From assembly GCA_050230475.1 (NCBI GenBank), contig JBFLGF010000101.1, positions 1-63,381 on the forward strand: a stretch of DNA of 63,381 bases, in the 5' to 3' direction. Source of the DNA: Ancylonema sp. Its lineage: Eukaryota. Each line of letters begins with the position of its first letter. The first letter of the stretch is position 1. The position numbers and the translations under genes are program-made. This document shows positions 38,165 through 50,770 of the stretch, piece after piece. A model generated the notes under the pieces. It saw only the letters and a list, made by a program, of their open reading frames with translations, searched no databases and was not told the origin of the DNA.

Positions 38165-41100
38165 ATGGTAACCGATAAAGGGAAAAGTAAGAAAAGAGCG
38201 GGAAGCGGGAAGCACACTAAGTTGGCTCCAATACCTTCTCTCCCCATAAATGACGCTGTTCATCCGTCGACGAAATCAAAGCTATTAACCGAAGTCATAC
38301 ACTCTTCAGCGAGAAGTATTCCTCAAGTACCTTGTAAGATTATCGAAGTGTACGGTGATAGCCTCAGCAGAATTCCGGATATTGTACCGCTAGAGCCTGA
38401 TACGGCTGCTTTAGAAGATGGCGTGGAAGCTGCCTTTCTGGAACCAGTAGCGTCGGGGGCGGGTATGGCGGCGTCAGTAGCGAGAACAGGACAGGCAAAA
38501 GAGAGTCAAACCGTTTTCGATGATACGGAAGGATCTTCCGGGACAACACAGAAGACCGATTCTCACGTGGCTGAAGCTGTAACAACATGGATTCAGTGTG
38601 ATCGGCCAACTTGCGGAAAATGGCGCAGGATTGCGACGGAAATAGCTGAAGGCATCGGAGACGAAGACAAATGGTGCGCTACTTTTATTTGAGGATTTCG
38701 TCATATTGACGTGTTGATGGCAAGATGGATACGTGGTCGGATGTTGAGATGAATATTGAGATGCGGCATTCGACTGCCAGTCAATAGTCAGGAACGGAGG
38801 CATACGACGCATAGAGACAAATCGCCGAGAACTTACCCTCACTACACAAGTATCTAGCCTGTCCGTAGTAGACTTAGCACAGGAACCTGTCTACAGTGTT
38901 AACTTGCCCTAAAAGTCCTGGCCACTCAAATAAGTCATGATTATGTATACATATAATGTTTGCAACATCACCCCGTCCTCATGTGTCAGTGTTTCTTGCG
39001 TATGTACAGTGAGGTACCGACACCATGGTCGTTGTATTGCTTGGCTTATGATACCTCTGCACAAAAGAGTTCAGGTCGCCCTTGACTGTGATCCCCGGTC
39101 ATGAGCCTGAATGTGTCCCATGGTCTCCTTTGTATGTGCAGGTTTTGCAAACAAAATCCAGACCGCAAGTACTCGAAGTGCAAAGTGCCTCAGGAAATGA
39201 GCGACAAAGAAATCAATGCGGAGCTTGGAATCATTGTGGACGAAGGAGACGGCACTCGTGTAATGCAGGCAACCCCGGAAGTGCCACTCGGTCTGCAGAG
39301 TCCACTTGAGCCCTTCCCAAGCCATGTGGCAAAAGCACTGGATATACCCGACCAAGCCGTGCTATCTGGTCGGTTCACTTTCCCCTTTTCGCCTCTCGCC
39401 TTCACAAGCCGCACTCAGCAGTCAACATCCGTCCCTGTGTCCATTCCGCATATTTTATTTTTATTTTTATTTTAGTATGACGCAAGTCCTACTATCGGCA
39501 GATGGTTACAACACGGGGGTGTCATCAAAGACTAGGTTTGCCCGTGTCAAGAGGGGGGCTTGTGCCTGATCCTCCAGTATGTCAAACGTGGGTTCTTGGG
39601 GTGGGGGTGGGGACAGCTGAGGAAGAGATAGAGAAGCTGTTGAGCGATGACGGAATCCTGCCTGTAGGGCGCTCGTTGTTCGGGGATGAAGATCTTCTGC
39701 AACCTCACAACATCATGGTATGGCCTCTCAATGTACCCTTCCTTCTTCTCACCCATGGACCTGTATCTCGATGTCACCTACATCTCACTGCTCCTGAGCC
39801 CCTGAAATCGGTGGCACGGAAGAGAGGTAAATTGGTGTTTTACTGCCCCACTGTTTTACTGTCCCACTGCAGGATCATGACGCTGTGATGGGTGATACAA
39901 AGGACACGACCAAGGAGGTTGTGGAGGTTGAAGAGGACGTGAAAAACGAGGTGGAGAAGGAGGCAGAGGAGGAGATGGAAACGGAGGAGGCAGTGAAGGA
40001 GTCGGACGATGGTCCAGAGGAAGAGGAGGAGAAGGAGGAGGCGAATGAAAAGAAAAGTAGAAAGAAGCGTCAGAAGCGAGGGGAGGAGGATGTGGGTGTG
40101 AAACGACCTCTGGGGAAGCAGGCGAGCAAGGAGGTGAATGGAAAGAGGGGAAAGCAGGCGAAAGAGAGCTTGATATACGAACCTGTTCCTGAGACTTCGA
40201 AGGGGACAAAGAGGAAGGCAGAGGCGCCTGCTCCAACTGCGCGGGCAGCGCAGCCGAAGGCAGCAACAAGGAAATCGCAGTGTAAGATTCAGTGGGTAAT
40301 CACATAAGGGTAGAGAGGCCAAGGGAGGGGTGCAGGGTGTCTAGGGACTGAGAGGCATAAGTTTGTGAATGGTAGTGGAGGGTTTCTGTGAAAACGAGAA
40401 GAGGTTGAAGTGGCTCTCTCACCCACTCCCGGGATTGTTTTGAGTGCAGTGGAAATGGAGCTGGACGAGCTGCTGGACAGAGAAGAGCGGCTCATCAAGG
40501 TAACGCCACAGACTGCATGGTCTGTACTGCCTTGCTTGACCGCCTTGGGTCTAAGGACTGCGGGTGGAGAGTGGGGATTGACTTGGTTTTGGGTTCTGGG
40601 GTTCAGGGTAGCGGCTGGCAGTTCGTGGCCCTCATGAGGAGGGCGGCTGGGAGTGAAGAGGAGGAAGGGCCTACAGCAGCAGTGAGGTACATAGGACAAG
40701 CTGTTTTGGTTTGGGTCTGTGGGGGCGGTTCCGGAACGCAGAGGTTCTGGATGCTGACAAGGGTAGGTGGTGGTGGGGTTTGGGGTTGTGCAGTATTATC
40801 GAGATGGGGCTCTGTTTGGCAGCTGTGCTCAGGACTCCGCACATGTCTGTGCTCAAAGTTGTCGCGGGGAGAGATGGTTGGACTTGCACCCCCCCCCCTG
40901 CTGCTGGCATCCCAGTTTTCCCTTTTTTGTTCCTAAGTCCTCCGGGGTACCTGTTGTAGGTGTGGAGCTCATCCAGCACTGCCTCTTCATCCTCAGGGCG
41001 GACGTGAAGTACACGCCGGCGTTGAGGAAGCTGGTGAGGGTGAGGAGGAGGAAGTTATTTGTACTTGATGATGGTGCTTGGGGGTTTTATAGCCGGACAC

Positions 41101-44100
41101 CCGTGGCTGGCGTGGGTGCTATGGAAGAGGGGGGATCTGTTTGCACGGCCTGAGTTTGGATGTGACAAGCTAAGCATAAACTCCAAACCTGAATCTGTGC
41201 AAAGGAGGGGGGTGATATGCAGGTCTTAGAGCACTTGGGCGAAAAAGGCGTACTCCCTGCAGATGCCATCCACCACGTCTTCCGAAGACCCAGGGAGTGG
41301 TAGACATTCTGCTCTGAATCTCTGAACAGAACAGGGGACATCATAAACCTGGAAACAGAATCCGAAATGGAATCTAATGGGGTACTGGGAGGGGTGGGGG
41401 GGAGCAGTTTGGCGGACACTGTACAGGGCCTCATGCGCCATCAAGACAAAACGGTAAGAGGCTCAGGGATCGGGGTAGAGTTCAGGGTTCAGAGTTTAAG
41501 TTTAGGGTGTAGGTTTAGGGTGTGTGGTTTACGGTGGCAAAACGTACAAGAGTACGATATGATATCAGGGAATGGTATGACTCCAACTTTTTTGGTTGGT
41601 GTTCAGGTGCAAGAGCTGGTCCAAGAATTCTCCAAACGGTGGCAGCTTGCTCGACCCACGTCGCGTCAGCACGGCTCAGGGGGGGGGTTTGAGGTCGGGA
41701 CTCAGAAGAACGCCTCAGCACAGGTGGCACAGAGGAGGGACAAGTACACGGACAGAGGGGGGGAACCAAAGCGGCAGAGGGATTCCCCTTCGGAACCAAG
41801 GACTCGCTGGGGGGGCGAGGATTGGCAGACCCAACCTAAAACCCAGAACGACAAAACCGAACCGCCCATTGGCATCCAAGTCGTAGCCCCTCCCCAGCCT
41901 CCTCCCTCCTTGGTCCAGCAACCCTCTACCCCTGCACAACCCCAAACCCCGTCCACCCCTGTGGACCCAGAGGCGGCCATGTGCCGTGTAAAGAGTTTGA
42001 TGGAGAAGTATTCGAGGGAAGCAGGGCAGGGGCAGGGTCAGGGGCAGGGACAGGGGCAGGGGCAGGGGCAGGGGCAGGGGGGAAGGACCCACTCCTTCAA
42101 CCGTAACAGCAAGCAGGGGCCAGCGAGATATGGAGGCAGTCGCGACCAGCCCCAGCCCCTACCCCAACCCCAACCCTATCCACACCCACAAACACAAACA
42201 CAACCCCAGCCTAAATATCAGTCCCAACCCCACCCGCCCCCCCACCATCACCCTTTTCAAGCCCCACCTCGGGGCCCCATTGGGCCACCCCCCCCACCCC
42301 CACCCCCACCCCCCCCCATGGTGTATCCTGCACCACTGGTGCAGTCTCTGAGAACACCCCCCCCTCCAGACTTTCCCCACCGACTTCCAGACGCTCCTCC
42401 GGCTGTGAGCCAGGAGCCCCCCCCTACCATGACCCCTGAACGTCCCCCGGGGTTAAGCCCCGAGCACCCCCCTGGGCTGAGCCCCGAGAGGCCCCCTGGG
42501 TAGAGCCCAGACAGAGCTGCGTATGTGTCAGAGGAGTATCCCCCAGGGGTTTCCCTTGCGCAACCGCCGGGGGTGAAGCAGAGGCACCCCCCAGGTATGA
42601 ACAGCCACTTGCATCCCACTGGTTCGCATCCGCCAATGCCACCTGGACCGCTCCACCTGCCACCTGGACCTCCGCAACCGCCACCTGGCCCCTTCCTAGC
42701 GCCGCCAGGGCCTATCCCTCCACCGGCTGGTGCCTATCTCCCGCCACCTGGCGCACCCGCGCCACATATGCAGAATGGGCATGGACCTGCTCCCTGGTAC
42801 CCTCCGGGCCCCCCTCCCCCTCCCTTCATTCCTCCCACGGGTATCCCATACGGGGCCCAGGGTGAGCCCGGGGGCGGTTTCCAGGGAATGAACGGCCACG
42901 TGCCCTGCAATCCTGGGCCACAGGGGGGATGGGGGGGGAGGAAGCAGGAGAACGCAGGGGAGAGGGTACCGAATGGGGGGGGACCCGTGGGGGGGTGGGG
43001 CTCTCCCGGCGGGTGGAAAGGAAACAATGGCCACGGGACGCAGGGGAGGGGAGGCCGAGGCCCCCAGTATGGCAGGAACGAGGGGCCGATGGGGTTCAGG
43101 ACGCAAGGGGGTGGGGGGCCGCAAGAGGGTGCAGGGCCACAAGGGGGTGGGGGGGATAGGGCAGGAAACGGGGTTGGCCAAAGAGGGGGTCGAGGTGCAG
43201 ACGGTTGGCAGGGGCCGCAAGGAGGGTGGAGGGGAGACGGGTGGGAGCAGGGACCAAATGGACGTGGGTTTGCGGGGGGACGTGGGCGGGATGGTTGGGA
43301 GAAGGGGCCCAACGGGCGTGCCATGGATAGGGACCGAAGGGGAGAGCAGGGGGGGTGGGGTGAGCAGGGGCAAGGACGCGGTTCCCAGGGGGGAGGGGGG
43401 CGCAGCGGATACGGGTGGGGTCCAGGGGGGGAGGGGCGCGGGTCACAGGGGTCCTGGGGCCGGGATGCCAGGGACGAGGGGGCTAACGGGCGTGGATGGG
43501 GAGGGGGTCGAAGTGGAGATGGATGGGGGGAGGGGGGGGGCAATGGACGGGGAGGGGGGAGGGGGTGGGGAGGAGACAAATGGGAGGGAGGGTGCAATGG
43601 GCATGGGGGGCGAGGGGGGGGTTGGGGGGATGGTACCCGGGACGAGGGGGCCAACATGCGCGGAGGTAATAGGGGTTGGGGTGGAGACGGGTTGGGGGAA
43701 GGGACAAGTGGACGAGGCGGTCGCGGAGGAGTTCGGGGGGGGAATGAATGGGATGAGGGGACGAATAAGAATGGGCCACGAGTGGGGTGGGGGGGGGGAG
43801 GTGGGGACAACGGGGGGGAGCGGGCTGGTGGGGGCCGTGGGTGGGATGATGTGCCCAAGGGGCGGGAGCAGGGAGGGAAGTGGGAAGGGGGCAGCCAAGT
43901 CGAAGTGGCCAAAGACACTGGATGGGGGGATGCGCGAGGGGAGGAGGCCAAAGAGAGTGGATGGGGGAATGGGCCAGTCGAAGTGGCCAAAGAAAGTGGT
44001 TGGGGGGATGGGCCAGTCGAAGTGCCTAAAGAGGGGGGGGGTGGTCGGGGGGATGCTGATGGGGATGCGGCAGGCAAGGTAGCCAATGCTCCTGCCTCTG

Positions 44101-45228
44101 GGGGGGGGTGGGGAGGAGTTTCGGATAAGGTCTCCCCCCAGGAGGGATGGCAGGGTGGAGGGGTGGCAGCCAAGGTTGGGGAGGGGGGTGGGGAGGGGGG
44201 GGTTCCGAAGCCAGAGAGCGAAGAGGTGGTGGTGAGGTCGGAGTGGGACAGCCCTGAGCGCCCTCGTCCTGGAAGGGAGAAGCACCAGAGACAGCTGGAT
44301 CCCAACGAGGAATGGCTCTCTTCCGAGGGACGCTCCTTCAAAGCTGCGGTGAAGAGGGGGGGGCTGCCCGCTGTTGCTCGCTGTTGCTGGTCGTTGCTGG
44401 CTGTTGCTTGCTGTGGTTTCTGTAGGGGACCTGTGCTCATAGATGGCATGGTTGGGGCGGGGTTCAGGTGCATCATCTGGTGCAGGTCCACGTGAAGAAA
44501 ATTGGGAAGGTGAGTTGGGTACCATCTCAGACTCTGCCCTGGGATGTAAACCACATCCCAGGGTCGTATTTTATTTGTAAACCCAAGGTCCCTCCCGCAC
44601 CCAGTTTCCAGATACAATCACGTCATTGTCATCGAGTGCCTGACCGTTTCCCCTTCTCCTGTGCATGGTCAGAGCCTGGATCGCTACGCGGCAGAGACCC
44701 TGAGCACGGAGTTGACGGCAAGCATTCTGAAGGCGGAGGAGGTGGAGGACGAGGAATGGAAGAAGCTGGTAAGGGCACAGGGCACAGGGCACACACACGG
44801 GTGGGAGGGCAGTCCTTGGGGGGGTAGCGGGTAACCGCTGAGGGATGGATCAGGGACCCCAGGGGCTTTAATGGGAGCAATTATGGGACCTCTAACCTGT
44901 TGTCGAGGGTCTGCTGAGAGAGTGTGCCTTATTGCACCCTGCTTGATAGCCCGCCTTGACATTGCAAAAGGGATGCAATCTCTGAGCCTTGAAAACTGCT
45001 GCGTTTTTGAGGTTACGGGGTTCTGGGGTTTGGGGTTTTGGTGTTTAGGGCAAGGGCACTCTGAGGCCGATCCAGCGCGGCCAACTCACGGTGTAGGTGA
45101 ACTATTACGTGGAAAGGTGTGTGGAAGAACACGAACGGATGGATTTGGAAGAGGAGAGGACGCGGCTGGAGGAGGACGCTGTGCCTGGGGGGACATTTTG
45201 GGCGGAAGAGGGGGATATGGACTTGTGA
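38165..45228 (+). CDS. ASHH2/SDG8-related protein with CW zinc finger, TND-like helical domain, Pro-rich and GW/WG-rich regions and SRI-like tail; no SET domain; two in-frame TAG codons
   Basis: Exons (approx.) 38165-38673, 39142-39368, 39616-39717, 39873-40281, 40450-40499, 40607-40686, 40794-40876, 40960-41039, 41223-41299, 41408-41452, 41607-44348, 44468-44509, 44673-44768, 45049-45228. CW: 'WIQCDRPTCGKWRRI...KW|FCKQNPDRKYSKCKVPQEMSDKEINAELGI'. Helical domain: 'ELDELLD...TPALRKLVR|VLEHL...LMRHQDKT|VQELVQEFSKRW'. Confidence 0.8.
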
Positions 45229-46534
45229 GGCGGAAGCGAGTGTGGCAAAAATGAAATGTTGATAGTGACAGTGTGAACGCAGGCGGAGGGAGTCCGCGAG
45301 ACCGGATTGGAGATGGAGCATTGTCTATATTGTGTTGATTAGATGTTGGTGGCCAATATGCCACTGGTGCTTGAGAGGTATTGCTTGGTAAACAACGGGG
45401 GGGCCAAGATGGTGGAAGCAGTTTCTACGTCTTGCAAGACGCGGGTGCGGGAAAATGATAAAACGGTAAAATGTTGAAGTGTAAAAAATGATTTTATCTT
45501 GAGGGAGGTGGACAAGGATACATTACTTCTTGTTAAAGTTTTTTGTTTGTGTGCAAGAGTTTGAGTTTGAGTTAATGTCTCAAACTGCCCTTTGGAGATC
45601 GGATTAGGTCGATATGGGTTACTTGAGAAGTATCACATGCCTTTATACAAACCAATGAATCTGGTGGTAACCGAGATCTATCGATGACACTTGTATTTAG
45701 CTTCCCTTGTGGAGTTCGTGAGCACATTCCTGGATTTCTTAGTCCAGGGCCTTGGACCTTGGTATCCTTGTCTGTTAGTTTTTTAGTTTTTTTGTTTTGT
45801 TTGGGAGGGGCGGTTAATTCATGCAGGCAAATGCACAACAAAATAGACTCGTGCACGTGTATGAATGCCATCAACGAAGGAATGTTGAAGTAGTTCCTCA
45901 ACTGTCACCAATCCACATCATCACTTCAGCCATATCATCATGTGATTAACAATGTTAATCACATGATGTTAATGGTAATGTAAATTTATCATTACCACTG
46001 AGACACAACATATGCTATCACACACATGACGACTTCTCGAAGTTGCCCAATCGGTAATTTTTGTAGACATGCGCGTCCATACCTAAGTCTCGATCCCTAG
46101 ATAACATTTTATCATCTCATTTTGTGATCTCATTTCTTTAGGACGTATATATTGGTGTCTTTATGGAGGATTTGCCTTCACAAACGGTGAATTATATAGG
46201 TCTATAGGTTTCCGTCTTGCCAATTCTAGTGTCTTCACAGATGATGTCTATACAACGGGTTGACTACAGTCAGAATAAAAAGAATTGACCCTTGGGGTTT
46301 CAAGTAGCGACCTTAAACCCCAAAGACACGGGATTCATTCACCAGTCTTCAACATCCGAGCAACAATCTGTAACTCCGCAAACAACAAGAACACTCACGG
46401 AGGGGAGGTAACAAAGCCATACCCTCCTCTAACCGCAACGTTCTAGTATGGATTGCAAACGCTAAAGAACGTTGTAACGCAACAAATACCCGCTGCCGAA
46501 ACCAAGTAAACTAGCGTTTCGCCACATAGTAGTA

Positions 46535-46816
46535 CCTGCACGTTTTGCGGACCCGGATCTCGCGTACGCGTCCACTAGCGGATGTCTTCCGGACGCGTCC
46601 GCAAATCCTCGATGGACGTCCAGCCACTTTAAGATTTTAATGGGGGTTTTGGCTTTTTAACGGGGTTCATCACACCCCGTAGACCCCGTCCGTATTTTTT
46701 TCCCGCTAACATGCGCGTGTATGGACGGCTAGATCACATGTTGAGGTTGCGTGGTATCCACGCTTTGCGGATCCGGACGTCGCGCACCTGTGTCGGACGT
46801 GTCCGCAAAAAGCTCC
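46535..46816. mobile_element. Degenerate MITE-like element with GGACG/CGTCC subterminal repeats
   Basis: Inverted ttttgcggac / gtccgcaaaa near the ends and many ggacgc/ggacgt motifs. No clear TSD. Confidence 0.4.
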
Positions 46817-47283
46817 AACCCGTTCGGGTACTACTGTGTTTTGCCCCGAGCACCCATTGAAGTGCGCAACACGGTGAGCACAATCCAACAACAACTGATT
46901 GCTCGCTTTGAAAAGTGCACCATACGTCTCCTTCGCAAATGGGATAAACTTTACGGATTTTGAATTTATTTGATGAAAACGATGTAAAAAACAGGGTAGG
47001 TGAGGATACAGTTCAATACTCACGGGCATTTTAGGGTTCTTCCGGGTAATTTAGGGTATTTAAGCATTTCGGTTTTGGGCTTGAATGAGAGTTTTTAGAT
47101 GATTACATTTTCCGGTTGCCTTGCTGAAACGATTTTCGGTGGATCCTTTTCAAATTGATATTGTATGATTAAAATAATCTTTGCCTGACTCAGGATCTTT
47201 GGCCGACTTAGGATTTTCTACCTAAAACAAGAAGCAAAATATCATGTGTTGATTCATGAATATTTCAGTTACGACTTGTAAGT

Positions 47284-47550
47284 TTGTTAGTTACTTGGTT
47301 TCGGCAGAGAGTTTATGTTGCTTTACAATATTCTCTAGCACATGCAATCCATGCTAGGACATTGCGATTGGAAGAGGGTCTGGCTCTATTACCTCCCCCC
47401 CCCTCCGCGGGTGTTATTGTCGTCAGCAGAGTTAAGGATTGTTGCTCGGTTGTTTTAGGATTGGGGTTGTTTTCCGTCTTCTGTTCCTTTAGGTGGTACG
47501 ATAACGTTGGTGTTGTACTCAGATGGGGTTCCCATCGTGCTTGAATAAAA
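47284..47550 (+). mobile_element. 3' fragment of a non-LTR retrotransposon (CRE/RLE-like)
   Basis: Translation 'LVTWFRQRVYVALQYSLAHAIHAR' resembles the C-terminal QR(I/L)SVAxQR..A.AI motif of RLE-type LINE proteins. It is followed by a T-rich tail region and AATAAA. Confidence 0.5.
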
Positions 47551-48730
47551 TGCGTCCGTCTTTCTCACTTGTATGAAGTTAGACAGGTTTTACTGTCGGG
47601 GTGGCGTAAGGAGCCCCCCTGCAGAATCGCCGCCTGTGCGGTAGGCGCGGAGGAATCAACCCTTTTTAAAGGGACATGCTACGGGGAGACTACCTCCTAG
47701 CTATGTAGAGACTATCCGTAATATCGAGAAAACGTCAGAACTCAAAATTTCGCTGATACAGGGCCCAAGGCCGTCCAAACCGTGATTTTCGTTATGCGCG
47801 GCGTAGGGATATTGGTGCCCAGCCTAGCTGCTACAGTCCAAAAGCGCTGCTGTAGGCCGTTTTGCCGCAGATTGCCAGCGCTGGCTTCTTGCTGCTGTCA
47901 TGCTTGCCCTATACTTGCGATGATGATCCGCGCCGTGTAGTGCAGTGTGCGGCCAGTTGTGAGCGTGGCTACGATCCCTTACTGCCTTGACTCCTGCTGC
48001 GCTTGGTCCTTATGTGCGTCTCATTTTCGCGGACGTCTAGCGCGACAAGAACCGTCATCATGACATAGAAGCAGAGGTCGTCGTGGATAATTCGATAGAG
48101 GCCTCTCCTGGCGGAATGCGCATCTCGTGGCGGAATGCGCAGGTGAATATACATGCCACGAATCCTTCCTCGTCTCCAAGTCATCTGACGTGACGACATA
48201 TGAGCTCCGATCTGAGCTCCCATCATTTTTTTAAGGTAGTACGGTAGTTTTTGTTGGTGGTATTGGGTATGTCTGCAAGATCCGTATTGAGTGTGGTAAC
48301 TCTAAAAACGTGTGGATTCATTAGTGGCTGAGATTGGAGGACATTATTCTTGATTCTTTATTCTTTATTCATTTTTCTTTATTCTTTATTCTTTGTTTTT
48401 ATTCCTAAATCTTTATTCTTTATTCTTTATTCTTTAAGTTTTTTCCCCTCCATATTTATAATTTGAAGGAAATCATACTACTGAACTACTTATGTTCATA
48501 CACCACTCCACACTCTTATCTCTGTGGATACTTATGAACATGAAATAAATATAATTGATATAAATGATATAAATGAATATATGTCATAATATACATAATG
48601 AATCTAAGTAATGAATATACTGATATATGTAATGATATAAATGATATTTGGGGACATATTTATTTATGAGTGTCGTTCAATAACATTGGCCTCCCAAAAA
48701 AAAAAAAACGATCATTTTTTAAGTAATATA

Positions 48731-49321
48731 CAGTAAAACCTGTCTAAAGGAATACTGTCTAAAGGAATAACCTCTCTAAAGGAATAAAAAATCCCGGTGC
48801 CGACGTTGGGCTAGTGTAATTATTCCTAAACTTGCAGAACTCTCTAAATGAATATTTTTTCCCTGCCCGCGAACGTGTAAAGGAATAATGTACAGAATCC
48901 GTACATATCCGTACATATTTATACAGATTTTTACATGTCCGAACAGTTAAATGTGTCTCCCAGATTGTGGGAAGCTGCAATTGGAGTCGTCACACGACAA
49001 AATTGCGACTGGGGAACATTTTAGGCGGGAAGTACGAGTGCCCGCCACGTCGAATCCAACATCAGAAAACTACGTTCGTGCATCTCTAGTATCTCCCAGG
49101 TTGTTGGAACTGGCTACACAACAAAATATTGTCGTCAACCCATATGGAAGCTGTAAAACACGTTTGAACGGATTCTAAGCTCGATACTGGCCTGTGTCCC
49201 GTCGTAGGAACATAGGAACGGGTTTTAGGACATTTAGAGCCAAAACTGTCCAAGTGAATAACCTGCCTAAAGGAATATAAAATCCTGGTCCCGAGAGTAT
49301 TCCTTTAGACAGGTTTTACTG
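48731..49321. mobile_element. pogo/Tigger-like MITE nested in the MULE
   Basis: Perfect 26-bp TIRs CAGTAAAACCTGTCTAAAGGAATACT, TA on both flanks, and subterminal repeats of CTAAAGGAATA. Confidence 0.92.
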
Positions 49322-50440
49322 TACCGGTACCCGAAGTCACTCTAATACCCTCCTTGGCCTTTGAACATGAAGGAACGAAAATAATGTTTGTATAGTCGCA
49401 ACCCCCCTTTGAATCTACGCGTTATTTAGAATAGTAGTAAATAAGTACCAATTGCCAAACTACTGGGATTCTTCTCTCCCTCACTTTCCCAAAAAAAATA
49501 ACAAACTACATTCCTCACTTCCAAGTGACTAATGGATGGCTAATGATTACTAACATACTTGCTTTGTGTAGGCCATTCACAATATATGTTTCTTGGAGCT
49601 TGCAACTTAGGCGTATGTTTGGTTCAAAGACGTGGAGACATTTTCCAAGGAGTGTTTATTTTGATATCTTCACGTTGAGTTATTTTTGCAGTCGCAGTAA
49701 ACGAAGTAGTGGTTAGTGAAGTCTAAGTAGTAGTTTAGGAAGTTTATTTTAGTTTTTTGCCTGGTAATGATATACCTAATGCATACGTATCCCACAACTT
49801 AGTAATGCAATGGGGAGTTGGGTTGGTTGGTTGTTCATATGAACGAAAAACATGTGTAAGGAAGATGGATGGATGTTAGGATGTGTATGATGTTCTGAAA
49901 ATGGGATTGGTTCCCTTTGTTTGTTGTGTTGTAAAGATTTTTACATCTCGCAACGCTCATTTTGGAAACTTACGGAATGGAGTGAAAGAAGCTCGTGTAG
50001 GAGCTTAGTTTTCTATGCCCCATCGATAAAGATTACAAGTTGTCATGTGAGGGAAAACTCTAGATACGAATCCAGCAATTCAACTTTACGACAATAACAT
50101 CGGGAAACAACTATTTGTGAAGAACTTAATATAATTCATCTAAAATAAGTACATGGCGACTCTTGCAAATTGCCCCAACTCTCTACAAATTATACAATAA
50201 TTTACAAACCCTTCAAAATTCCCGCCTTATCCCTTGCAGATTCAACTCACACCACTCGTTGAATTGGAGCCACGCAGAAGTTCCCTCTTTCACTGCTTAA
50301 ATATGGACTAAAGTTGGCACGCATCCTTGTGACGTATCCATTCCGGGTCGATGCGAGGCAACCTATTGATTGATAAATGTCCTAAAGACCAATGATTGCC
50401 ATCCTCGAAGATTAGTACAATTGGGTCCCGGATTAAACCT

Positions 50441-50770
50441 ATGCATGTATGTATGTATGTATGTATGCATGTATGTATGTATGTATGCATGCATGTATGT
50501 ATGTATGTATGCATGTACGTATGCATTTATGTATATATGTATGTATGTAAGTATGTAATTATGTATGTATGCATGTATACATGTATGTGTGTATGTATGT
50601 ATTTATGTATGTAAGTATGCATGAATGTAAATATGTATGTATGTATATCTGTATGTATGTATGCATGTCTGTAGGTATGCATGCATGTATGCGTGTGTGC
50701 ATACAATCACATGTGCATGTATGCATTCATGCATCTAAGCATATATGCATGTATGCATGCATGGATACAT
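50441..50770. repeat. (TATG)n degenerate microsatellite
   Basis: Directly visible. Confidence 0.95.

Noticed and set aside
41300..41302. Apparent third stop (REW*) in the CW gene at ~41301
   Set aside because: It falls inside a GT-AG intron (41300-41407) whose removal restores the ASHH2-like alignment.
42696..44617. Long Pro-rich minus-strand ORFs (627 aa, 360 aa, 225 aa)
   Set aside because: These are antisense shadows of the G-rich, stop-poor coding strand.
42501..45096. Variant genetic code (TAG read as sense) to explain the two in-frame TAGs
   Set aside because: WTF1, GT61, CYPRO4 and the WW gene all terminate at TAG at plausible C-termini.
47672..47997. Duplicated 325-bp GC-rich block as a structured ncRNA (SRP, MRP, telomerase RNA, snRNA)
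   Set aside because: No diagnostic motifs were recognised. The inverted orientation with a flanking TSD fits MULE TIRs better.
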